DNA from: Octopus sinensis
Lineage: Eukaryota
Assembly (NCBI RefSeq): GCF_006345805.1
Contig: NC_043017.1
Span: 20,770,001 to 20,834,000, forward strand
DNA length: 64,000 nt
Direction of reading: 5' to 3'
Positions 53,908 through 64,000 of this stretch are shown piece by piece; positions within the stretch are counted from its first letter, which is position 1; each line of letters opens with the position of its first letter. Under the pieces are notes generated by a model. It was not told where the DNA came from and did no database searches. It was given only the letters and a program-made list of their open reading frames with translations. Made by a program: the position numbers and the translations under genes.

Positions 53908-54158
53908 GTATGTATATATATATGTATATATATATATATTATGTATATATATATATGTAATATATATATATTTATATATATATATGTATGTATATATATA
54001 TGTATATATATATATATGTATGTATATATATATGTATATATATATATTTATGTATATATATATATGTAATATATATATATATATTATATATATATATGTA
54101 TGTATATATATATGTATATATATTATGTATATATATATATGTAATATATATATATATT

Positions 54159-54228
<70 letters not shown>

Positions 54229-54351
54229 CATATATATATATATGTGTGTGTGTATGTGTACACAGGCACACATACACAGACATGCGTGTATGCATGTATA
54301 TATCTATGCACACTATGCACATATGTATATTCATGTATACTTGTGTGTAAA

Positions 54352-54390
<39 letters not shown>

Positions 54391-55074
54391 CATACACCCC
54401 ACTGCACACATGCACAAATATGATATGTAAGCATATGGATACAAGTAAATGTGTGTATACTAATAAACCTACATATCTATCTATACATACATGTACACAT
54501 ACATATACACATATATAGATCAAATACCTGCAAATGTGTACGATCTCATACACAAATATAAATATATAGACGCTATTGATTTTTAAACACAGAATATAAT
54601 TTATCGATAGTTTCTTTTTCTTTTTCACCCTCCAGGTATCAGGGTGGGGAGAATATAACTATAGTAACTACCCTAAATATCATCACTTAGGCTATTTACC
54701 GTTATGTTACTAAGGATAGATACTTTTATTATTGATCCCTGAGGGCTAAAAGGTTGAGTCAACCTTTTACACTCAACCTCTCGAGAATTACGACGTAGAA
54801 CGTAAAAGAAAACCAGGAACTTGGAAGCCATTATATATATTTCATAGATTAGATATAAAATGATAAATGAACTTATTGTATACAGTGCTCAGGTGCACTA
54901 CAAGTCATCAGAAAAAATAGCCCAAAGTGCATGAACAGTGCATAGAATAATGCACACAAAGTGAACAGTGAATGAGTTCTTAACATATATATATATATAT
55001 ATATATAAATTAGATTTTTTTTTGTCTTTTAATTACTTGTTTATTTGAATTAACAATATATATATGTATGTATG

Positions 55075-55113
<39 letters not shown>

Positions 55114-55142
55114 CAACATCAATGGAAATTGTAGTTGTGATA

Positions 55143-55451
55143 CCAGTGCCGGTGGCACGTAAGAGAACCATCCGAACGTGGCCGTTTCCCCGACTGGCCT
55201 CCGTTCCGGTGGCACGTAAAAAGCACCATCCGATCGTGGCCATTTGCCAGCCTCCTCTGTCACCTGTGCCAGTGGCACGTAGAAAGCACCCACTACACTC
55301 ACGGAGTGGTTGGTGTTAGGAAGGGCATCCAGCCATAGAAACACTGCCAGATCAGACTGGGCCTGGTGCAGCCTTCTAGCTTCCCAGACCCCAGTTGAAC
55401 TGTCCAACCTATGCTAGCATGGAAAGCAGATGTTAAACAATGATGATGATG
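55143..55451 (+). mobile_element. SINE-like family D; further pieces at 55715-55860 and 55935-56080
   Basis: gtgccggtggcacgtaa units and (GAT)n tail as at 16915-17309. Confidence 0.85.
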
Positions 55452-55470
55452 AACAAGATATATATATATA

Positions 55471-55668
55471 TGCCATGATGGACTGTTAGCTCCTACACGC
55501 ATTTTTTTCTCTCCTTGTTTCTTACTTGTTTCTTTTGTGTATCTTTGTCGAAGAGCATAGGCTTGAAACATAAAAGACTTTTTCTATTTCTATTCCTGAG
55601 CGCCATACTAATACAATTGTTTGTACACCACCTGCCTTCGTCTTTTATTTATTTTCATAAACCTTCCC
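55471..55668 (+). mobile_element. P1 repeat with degenerate HHR (ttgtcga-a-gagcataggctt-gaaac-ata-aaag)
   Basis: Aligns with 463-655, including the 5' gccatgat..gttagc segment. Confidence 0.8.
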
Positions 55669-55673
55669 ATTTG

Positions 55674-55716
<43 letters not shown>

Positions 55717-56233
55717 CGTTAGGAAGGGCATCCAGCTGTAGAAACATTGCCAAATTAGACTGGAGCCTGGTGCAGCCTTCTGGCTTCCCAGAACCCCGGT
55801 CGAACCGTCCAACCCATGCTAGCATGGAGAACGGACGTTAAACGACGATGATGATGATGATATATATATATAATTAAAAAATCAAAATCACAATCAGAAT
55901 CTCAATCAAATCAAAATCAAAAATGGAAAATATATTTGTAGCCAATGCCGGTGCCACCTGACTGGCTCCCATGCTGGTGGCATGCAATAAGCACCATTCA
56001 TGCATGGGTCGGTGTCAGTGCTACCTGACTGGCTCGGCTCTGCATGCTGGTGGCAGGTAAAAAGCACCATCCGAATGTGGGCATGCTGGGGTACTGCCCC
56101 GAAGGGTTTTAGTCGAACAAATCGACCTCAGGACTTTCATTAAATTCATCAGTTGTTAAACATAAATAAATCTTGGAATTAAATGGTTTTGATTTACTGT
56201 CAGCTAACTTTTCACTCACCCTGTTTATATATA

Positions 56234-56642
56234 CTCTTTACTCTTTTACTTGTTTCAGTCATTTGACTGTGACCATTCTGGAGCACCGTCTTTAGTCGAG
56301 CAAATCGAACCCAGGACTTATTCTTTGTAAGCCTAGTACTTATTGTATCAATCTGTTTTCCTGAACTGCTAAGTTACAGGGATGTAAATACACTACCATC
56401 GGTTGTCAAGCGATGTGGGGGGGGGCAAACATATACATACACACACATATATATATATATATATATACATATATAAATATACGACGGGTTTCTTTCAGTT
56501 TCCGTCTCCCAAATCCACTCACAAGGCTTTGGTTAGCCTGAGGCAATAGTAGAACACACTTGTCCAAGGTGCCATGCTGTGGGAATGAACCTGGACCCAT
56601 GTAGGGGGTAAGCAAGCTACTTACCACACAGCCACTCCTGCG

Positions 56643-56645
<3 letters not shown>
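56234..56645 (-). mobile_element. SINE family A, full length
   Basis: Reverse complement of head aggcgcaggagtggctgtgtggtaag and of the tail. Confidence 0.9.
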
Positions 56646-56688
<43 letters not shown>

Positions 56689-57775
56689 CAGACATACATG
56701 CAGTGAGTTTCTTTCAGTTTCCATCTATTAAATCCACTTACAAGGCTTTGGTTGATGCAGAGCTATAGTAGATATCACCTGCCCAAGGTGTCCCACAGTG
56801 AGACTGAACCTGAACCACCCAGTTTCAAAGCAAGCTTCTTAACCTCACAGCCATGTCTGCCCCAATACAACACGTATATTTCTTCACGTTGTTCAATAAT
56901 CGTAGAATGTGACAGAAAGATCTTCCACCTGCCACCCCCCGTGCGCCCCACCCCTTTCTGCAATCAGACAACAAATATTTCATGAGAAGAGATATGTAGA
57001 TAGGTAATGACACCAAATATTGGTTATTGATCTGTTGATTGATTCAATAATAAGTGGTCAGTAGACAGCGTGAAAAAATACTTTGTTCTTGCGGGTCTTG
57101 TTAGTGTGTGTGTGTGGGGGGGGTTACTGGGATGTGTGTGGGTACGTGTGAGTGTATGGATGTATCAGTGTGCATGTGTGTGTGTATGTGCATGTATGTG
57201 TATGTGCGTGTGTGAGCAGGTGCCAGTGTGTATATGTATGTGTGTGTGTGTGGGTGTGCAGGTATGTATGTGTCTGTGCATGAGTGTGTGTGGGTATATG
57301 TATGTGTGTGTGCCTGTGTACGTGTACGTGTGTGTGTGTGTGCATGCGTGTGTCTATGTGCGTGTATGTGGGTCTGTGAAAGTGTGTATGCATGAGAAAG
57401 TGAGCATGTGTGAAAGTGTGTGTATGTGAAAGTGTGTGTGTGTGTGTGTGTGTGCATGTGTGTGTGCATGTGTGTGTGAAAGTGTGTGTGTGTGAAAGTG
57501 TGTATGTGTGTGAAAGTGTATGTGTGTGTGTGTATGTGTGTGTGTGTGTGTATGTGTGTGTGTGTGCATGGAATGGCTAGTTTTTGTTTAGAAAAATGTC
57601 AGAGTGAAAGAGACGTATCATTTTAAAGCCAAGTTTCCAGCCAAATGGTGCCAGAACTCATTTTAATTAACCATTTCCACAAGGTCTGTTTTCTGGTTCT
57701 ACCACTAGAAATCATATTGTATGATTTATTGTTTCCTCATCATCATAACTTTTATCATCATCATCGTCACTGCTG

Positions 57776-57808
<33 letters not shown>

Positions 57809-58140
57809 CCATTATCATTGCCAATATCATCACCGTTATCACCATCAGCAAGGCACTTTATTTCATGTTGTTTTAGTCCATTCTGCTGGAAATAACTACC
57901 AAAGCCAGTTAGTGGCAGTAACCCTGAGAAGGACTAGTATAACAGTGTAGAGAGAGAGAGAGACTTACTTAATCCTATTGATAACAATCTGCCTAGCCTA
58001 GTGGTTAGGGTGTTGCACTCATAATCAAGAGATTGTAAATTCAATTCCTGGACCGTGCCATGCATTGTGTTCTTGCACAAAACACTTCATCTCAGCTTTC
58101 TTTGAGGTCACTTCATCATCTGATGTGTGGCACACCATGT

Positions 58141-58376
58141 ACCTATTTCTTTACTACCCACAAGGAGCTAAACACAGAGGAGACAAACAAGAACAGACAG
58201 ACGGATCAAGTCGATTATATCGACCCCAGTGCATAACTGGTACTTAATTTATGGACCCCAAAAGGATGAAAGGCAAAGTTGTCCTCGGCGGAATTTGAAC
58301 TCAGAACATAACGGCAGACGAAATACCACTAAGCATCTCGCCTGGCGTGCTAACGTTTCTGCCAGCTCGCCGCCTT
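58141..58376 (-). mobile_element. SINE family B, full length
   Basis: Matches 9891-10117. Confidence 0.9.
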
Positions 58377-58772
58377 GTACCTTTATGGGAAATGTCGATT
58401 TAATGGTGGCAACAGTATAAATATCAGAAGTGTTAAGACCGATCCTTCTGGTTGTGTAAAGTACCCATGGCAGTGACGCAAGAAAGTGCCCGTGTGACAT
58501 CACGTAAAAGCACCTGTGTGTTGACACATAAAAGTGCTTGTGGGGTGCCATGTAAAAGCACCCAGTACACTCTGTAGAGTGGTTGGCATGTTAGGAAAGG
58601 CATCCATTCGTAGAAACCATGCCAAATCAGACTGGAGTCTGAGGCAGCTCCCCAGCTTGCCAGCTCTGGTCAAACAATCCGACCCATGGATAATAGATGT
58701 TAAATGATGATGATGATGATTATGGCGATGATGATGATGATGAAATAAATTATTTCTGCAGGTTGTTCAGCA

Positions 58773-58934
58773 ATGGCTATGTGGTAAGTAGCTTACTTTC
58801 TAACCACATGGTTCCGGGTTCAGTCCCACTGCATGGTATCTTGGGCAAGTGTCTTCTACTATAGCCTCAGGCTGACCAAAGCCTTGTGACAGGATCTGGT
58901 AGACGGAAACTGAAAGAAGCTTGTCATGTATATA

Positions 58935-58968
<34 letters not shown>

Positions 58969-59202
58969 AGTATGTAAGTATGTAAGTATGTATGTATGTG
59001 TGTGTCTTTGTACCCCCAGCATGACTTGACAACCGATGTTGGTGTGTTTATGTCCCTGTAACTTAGCAGTTCGGTAAAAGAGACTGATAGAATAAGTACT
59101 AGGCTTCCAAACAATAAGTCCTGGGGTTGGTTTGTTTGACTAAAGGCGCTGCTCCAGCATGGCTGTACTCAAATGACTGCAACAAATAAAAGAATAAAAG
59201 AA
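58773..59202 (+). mobile_element. SINE family A
   Basis: Head, microsatellite and tail present. Confidence 0.85.
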
Positions 59203-59311
59203 TATATGGTGTGTGTATGTGCATATGCACGTGTGTGTGTATGTGTGTGTACACATATTTTCTCATCCATTTGCATCAAGCTGACACAAACTTATCTCCA
59301 GCTTTCTAATT

Positions 59312-59700
59312 CTGGTGCCCCAATCCTGTCTTCACTTCCGAGATGTTCCGAGAGTCAAACGCACCTTTGTCTCCTTCCAGCCGGAACTCTTCAAACATTC
59401 AAACAACAAACTTGGTTCGAGGTCAGTTGGTCAACAGATATAGAATGCAAACCAGCTTGAATTCTATTTCTACAACTTATTTATGATTGAAAAGCAATGC
59501 AGTTCAATGCTAACAGGAAATCATTCATAGCAGGATTCTTCGCTATTTATAACAGACACCTATTTATTTTTCTTTACTTTTATTTTATTGTATTTTTTTA
59601 TCTTTTTTTATCTTTCATCTTTCCTGTCTGCTAAATCAAAAGTGAACCGCAGAATAGATTCCAGTACACAATACAATCAGACTTTATCTATTTGCACATT
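59312..59700. repeat. Copy 1 of a duplicated ~400-bp module (copy 2 at 62354-62705)
   Basis: Core 59452-59558 versus 62482-62588: 104/107 identical with no indels. Confidence 0.9.
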
Positions 59701-60119
59701 TATAGTTACTATGGTAAAGTTACCATGGCTTCAGTTTGTCCTTAGGATGATATGGAACGGAAGCAAAAGCTGAAATGTGGCACTGGTCTGAATAGTGGAA
59801 TAACTGGGAAAGAATTTGGTATGAATTGAAGTAAAATAATGAAATCAGTGTTGAAGTAAGAATATTCTAGAGTTTAGTGACTCTAAGGAGAATTCACTGA
59901 AGAGTTTAAAGTTAACTGTCATGAATGAAGAATTTAAAAGTCTTGAGCTTTTAGTCTTGGAATAACAAGGATATGAATTGAAGTAAAATATGAAATGAAT
60001 GAAGAAATTATATTCTAGAGTGTAGTAGCTCTAAAGAGAATTCATACGAGATTTTATGGTGAACCGTTTTGAATGAAGAATTTAAAGTTTTGATATTTTG
60101 GTGTTCAAGAATGAGAAAT

Positions 60120-60349
60120 TTAACCCTTTCGTTACCAACCTGGCTGAAACCGTCTCTGGCTCTGTAGTACAAATGTCTTTTTTCATAAATTTTAAATTAA
60201 AATCTTCTGCCAAACCTTAGTCACAATTTATGTTCTTAACACTAGCTGAATGATAACTGAGTTATTTTACTAAATTCTTTGTTATATTTAGAGTAATTGA
60301 AAGAAACACAGAGCATCTCGTAATAAAAATACGGTAACGAAAGGGTTAG
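60120..60349. mobile_element. piggyBac-like MITE
   Basis: ttaa-ccctttcgttacc ... ggtaacgaaaggg-ttag: 13-bp TIR, TTAA site degenerate on the right. Confidence 0.8.
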
Positions 60350-60489
60350 AGTGTTGCCTACTAACTGTGTCTGATGTATGTATTTATAGGAGGTTTAAGT
60401 TATGGTTTTAGCCTTGAGAATGCTATGAAATGGAAGATGTAATATGGTAGTGTTCTGCAAATTGGAATAACTAGGTTCAGTAGAATATG

Positions 60490-60978
60490 ACAAAACTGGA
60501 AATATAGTAATAGATAAGGAAATATTTGAACATGGGAACCACTACAGCTTTCTTGGACAGATAATTCTGCTTAAAGGTTACAAATTAGTCCAAAGAAATT
60601 GAATGATGAACACACAATCAGGATGGGCATCTTTTGGAACATTGAATGACATCATGAGCAGTAATTTATCCATTTGTTGAAAAAGAAAGGTCTTCAAGTA
60701 GTGTATGGTGCCTGCCATTTAGGATGCACAAGGAATATGGACTACCAACAAGAGGACTGAAATTAGATTAAGATCAACTCAAAGAGCCATGGAAAGGACA
60801 ATGCTGAAGATTAACACAATAAGTGGAGAAACAACAGGAAAAGAATGGCAACAGATTTAATGGATATTATTGGGAAAATAAAAACTCTAAGATGGTCTTT
60901 TGTGGGACATATGTTTAGAAGGAACAATAGATGGAATAGCAAACTGACAAAGTGGACACAACATCATAAGCGGAAAGT
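60490..60978 (+). mobile_element. Decayed RTE-clade LINE, RT C-terminal region
   Basis: QSGWASFGTLNDIMSSNLSIC*KRKVFK*CMVPA...TLRWSFVGHMFRRNNRWNSKLTKW, with stops and frameshifts. Confidence 0.75.
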
Positions 60979-60979
60979 G

Positions 60980-61265
60980 TAACCTCTCGAAAGAGCTGTT
61001 CTTCACTCCTGCTCCAGAGCATCCGAAAAGCTCTATCTGCAACGATTTCATCTCAATCGAAGGAGAGGGGCTTTCTCTGTCTGGGTTGCGGATCCGTGGA
61101 ATAAGCTACCGGATGAGATAGTGAAGATGCTGATGACCGCTCAGTTCAAAGTCTCTCTTGACCAGAAATGGCCTGAACTCTTTGCATGAACACCATACTG
61201 TACATAACTCCATGTACCCCTACATGGCCTTGCTTTTTGCTTTTTGAGCCAAAAAATTAACTTAG
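60980..61265 (+). mobile_element. CR1-type LINE 3' end
   Basis: LYLQRFHLNRRRGAFSVWVADPWNKLPDEIVKMLMTAQFKVSLDQKWPELFA*, the CR1/L2 FS.RV...WN.LP motif. Confidence 0.85.
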
Positions 61266-62353
61266 CACAACATCCAGAAGAAAGAAGGAAGGGAGGACCA
61301 AGCAGAAGCTGGAATGAATACTTTGTTAAATTCTTCAGCATGAAGACATGAATGAGAAAACCATCAGACTACGGTTGGTGGAGAGAAAATATTGAGGCCT
61401 TCATCTAGCAGTAGACTGAACATGTGCAGGGACATATGACCCGAGTGCCGGAATTAGTATATTAGAGAGCAAACTTGTTCAGAGGAGAATTTGCAGAAGA
61501 ATTTGTTAAGGAGAATTGTCAAAAGTGAAGAATTTAAGGATTTGAACTCTTGATCTTGAAATAACCAGGAAAGAATTTGATGTGGCTTCAGGTAAAATAT
61601 GACATAAATGCTGAAGTAAGAGTATACCAGAGAAAACTTGATCAGGAGAATTTGTAGAAGAGTTTAAGTTATGTTACTTTAAACATTGAAGAATTTAATG
61701 CTTCAAGCTTTTGTTCTTCAAGAATGAGGATTATAAGGTATTGTCGTTTCCCCTGTATTTACTTGTATGTTTATGGTGAGGATTAAGTGTCTATAGTTTC
61801 CGTCTTTTGTGGAAGTGGAAGTGAAAATGTGGCATAGTTCTGTTGCATGGAATAACTGGAGAAGAATTTGGTGTGAATTTAAGTAGAGTATAAAATGTGT
61901 TGAAATAAATGTATTCTTGAACAGAGTAACTTAATGGAGAAGCCATAGAAATGTTTGTTATGGTAAATTGTTGTAAAGAGGGAAGAATTTAATGTTTCAA
62001 GCTCTTGACTTTAGTCAAAGAGTGGAGAAGATAATGAACTATCGTGGCTTTGGGTGTGAACAGCCCAATGAAGAATAAAATGAAGTGTTGTGGAATGTGA
62101 GGAGGCCAGTGAGAGGTTACGAGAGTAGTGTGGGAATTGAAGAAAGCGGGAGGAAGCAAAGAATGAGAAAAATGAAATAGAGAGAGTCGAAAATTTACAC
62201 TATATCAAAATGAAGGTGGTAGTTACGATTCATAAAAGCTGGTCAATCTTTGACCAGAGTTCCTGCTCGATTTTTGATCATACATCAACTCAATCAGGTC
62301 AGACCTGGGGTGAAGCAATGACAATTCCTCTTACATATCAATTCTTCCCCAAA

Positions 62354-62705
62354 CTGGTGACCCAATCCTGTTTTCACTTCCCAGAGTCAAATGTGCCTTT
62401 GTCTCCTTCCAGTCGGAACCCTTCAAACAACCAAACAACAATCTTGGTTAGGTCAGTTGGTCAGCGAACACAGAACCAAACCCAGCTTGAATTCTATTTC
62501 TACAACTTATTTATGATTGAAAAGCAATGCATTTCAATGCTAACAGGAAATCATTCATAGCAGACTTCTTCGCTATTTATAACAGACAACTATTTTTTAC
62601 TTTATTTTTTTTCTTTATTTCTATATCTTTCCTGTCTGCTAGAACCAAAATTAATTTTAGAAGAAATACCAAAATAATAGATGCAGAGTTCTTCTATTTT
62701 TCACC
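62354..62705. repeat. Copy 2 of the duplicated module
   Basis: Direct repeat of 59312-59700; core offset is 3030 bp. Confidence 0.9.
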
Positions 62706-62993
62706 TTGTGCTTAAAGACAGCAGGTCTTTGATGGGTTTGCTGTTTGCAGTTTAACCTTTTAGAGTTCAGATTACTTTTAATGCTTATTTATTCACAATG
62801 TTTTGAATTATTCCTGCATTAGAACCAGGCATGGTTGCATGGTAAGAAGCTTGCTTCAGGTTCAGTCCCACTGCATGGTAAACTGAGGAAGTGTCTCCTA
62901 CTATATTCCTGAGGGGTAATCATGATGGGTATATTGGACTTCGTATGTTTGTACCACAGTGTTACTTTGATGGCATGCACTGCTCTCTCACTC

Positions 62994-63041
<48 letters not shown>

Positions 63042-63226
63042 CCTTTCTACTATAGGCACAAGGCTAGAAATTTTGGGGGGAGAGAGCTAGTTGATTACAT
63101 CGACCCCAAAAGGATGAAAGGCAAAGTTGACCGCGGCAGAATTTGAACTCAGAATGTAAAGATGGGCAAAATGCCACAATGCATTTCGCTTGGCATGCTA
63201 ATGATTCTGTCAGCTTGCTGCTTTTC

Positions 63227-63264
<38 letters not shown>

Positions 63265-63281
63265 TAATCCTTTTTACTATC

Positions 63282-63835
63282 GGTGCAGGAGTGGCTGTGT
63301 GGTAAGAATCTTGCTTCCCAACCACTGCATGGCACCTTGAGCAAGTGTCTTCTACTGTAGCCTCAGGCTGACCAAAGCCTTGTGAGTGAATTTGGTACAG
63401 AAACTGAAAGAGGCCCGTCGTATGTGTGTGTGTGTGTGTGTGTGTGTGCATTTGTGTGTCTGTGTTTGTTTCCCCACCATCACTTGACAACCGATGTTGG
63501 TATGTTTATGTCCCCAATAGGATAAGTGCTAGGCTTACAAAGAATAAATCCTAGTGTTGATTTATTCGACTAAAGGCAATGCTCCAGCATGGCCACAGTC
63601 AAATGATTGAAACATATAAAAAAATAAAAGAATATAGGCACAAAGCCTGAAATTTTCAGGGAGGCCACCAGTCGATTAGATTGATCCCAGTATGCAACAG
63701 GTACTTAATTTATTGACCCCCAAAAGGATGAAAGGCAAAGTTGATCTCAGCAAAATTTGAACTCAGAACGTAAGGACAAATAAAATACTGCTAAGCAATT
63801 CTTCCCGGCATGCTAACAATCCTGCCAGCTCACCT
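63282..63835. mobile_element. SINE family A (+, 63282-63632) followed by SINE family B (-, ~63640-63835)
   Basis: Family-diagnostic heads and cores. Confidence 0.8.
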
Positions 63836-64000
63836 CATTAATAACAATAAAGATAATAACAATTCCCTGATGCAGTACCAGGCAGTGGCTTTTATGGCTT
63901 TTGATCTTAACTGATTGGAAGTGTTATCATGTACATTGTTTTGTGTTGGTATAAAACATGGCCTACATCAAATATTCTTCTCAATACCACAGATGTGCTT

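Larger units (their letters stand above)
59760..62030. repeat. Old degenerate ~150-160-bp tandem repeat array interrupted by younger elements
   Basis: g(g/a)aataac motif at 59797, 59959, 60464, 61558 and 61849; gaagaattta at 59927, 60075, 61527, 61688 and 61982. Confidence 0.65.

Overview
AT-rich, repeat-dominated eukaryotic DNA with no recognisable host protein-coding exon. Almost all ORFs in the track are translations of microsatellites ((TA)n, (TG)n, (TATG)n, (TCTA)n, (AAT)n, (ACC)n). The SINE types and microsatellite load suggest a cephalopod, most likely Octopus; this is an inference from remembered repeat sequences, not a database result. The window holds dozens of copies of at least four SINE families, relics of R4/Dong, RTE, RTE-X and CR1 LINEs, a mariner relic and TTAA- or TA-flanked MITEs. 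The most notable signal is a set of at least four short non-autonomous repeat families carrying minimal type I hammerhead-ribozyme (HHR) motifs, with fold-back or permuted ends typical of Penelope-like elements and retrozymes. They include a near-canonical HHR in a 352-bp circularly permuted cassette (14738-15302), a family with a non-canonical CUG(U/C)NGA core, and a composite of a tRNA-like Pol III head with an HHR (38975-39389). Other observations are a ~716-bp triplication, a duplicated 107-bp conserved module with a TATA-like box, a pre-miRNA-sized hairpin and several nested insertions with target-site duplications. Coordinates were read by eye; repeat boundaries are approximate.
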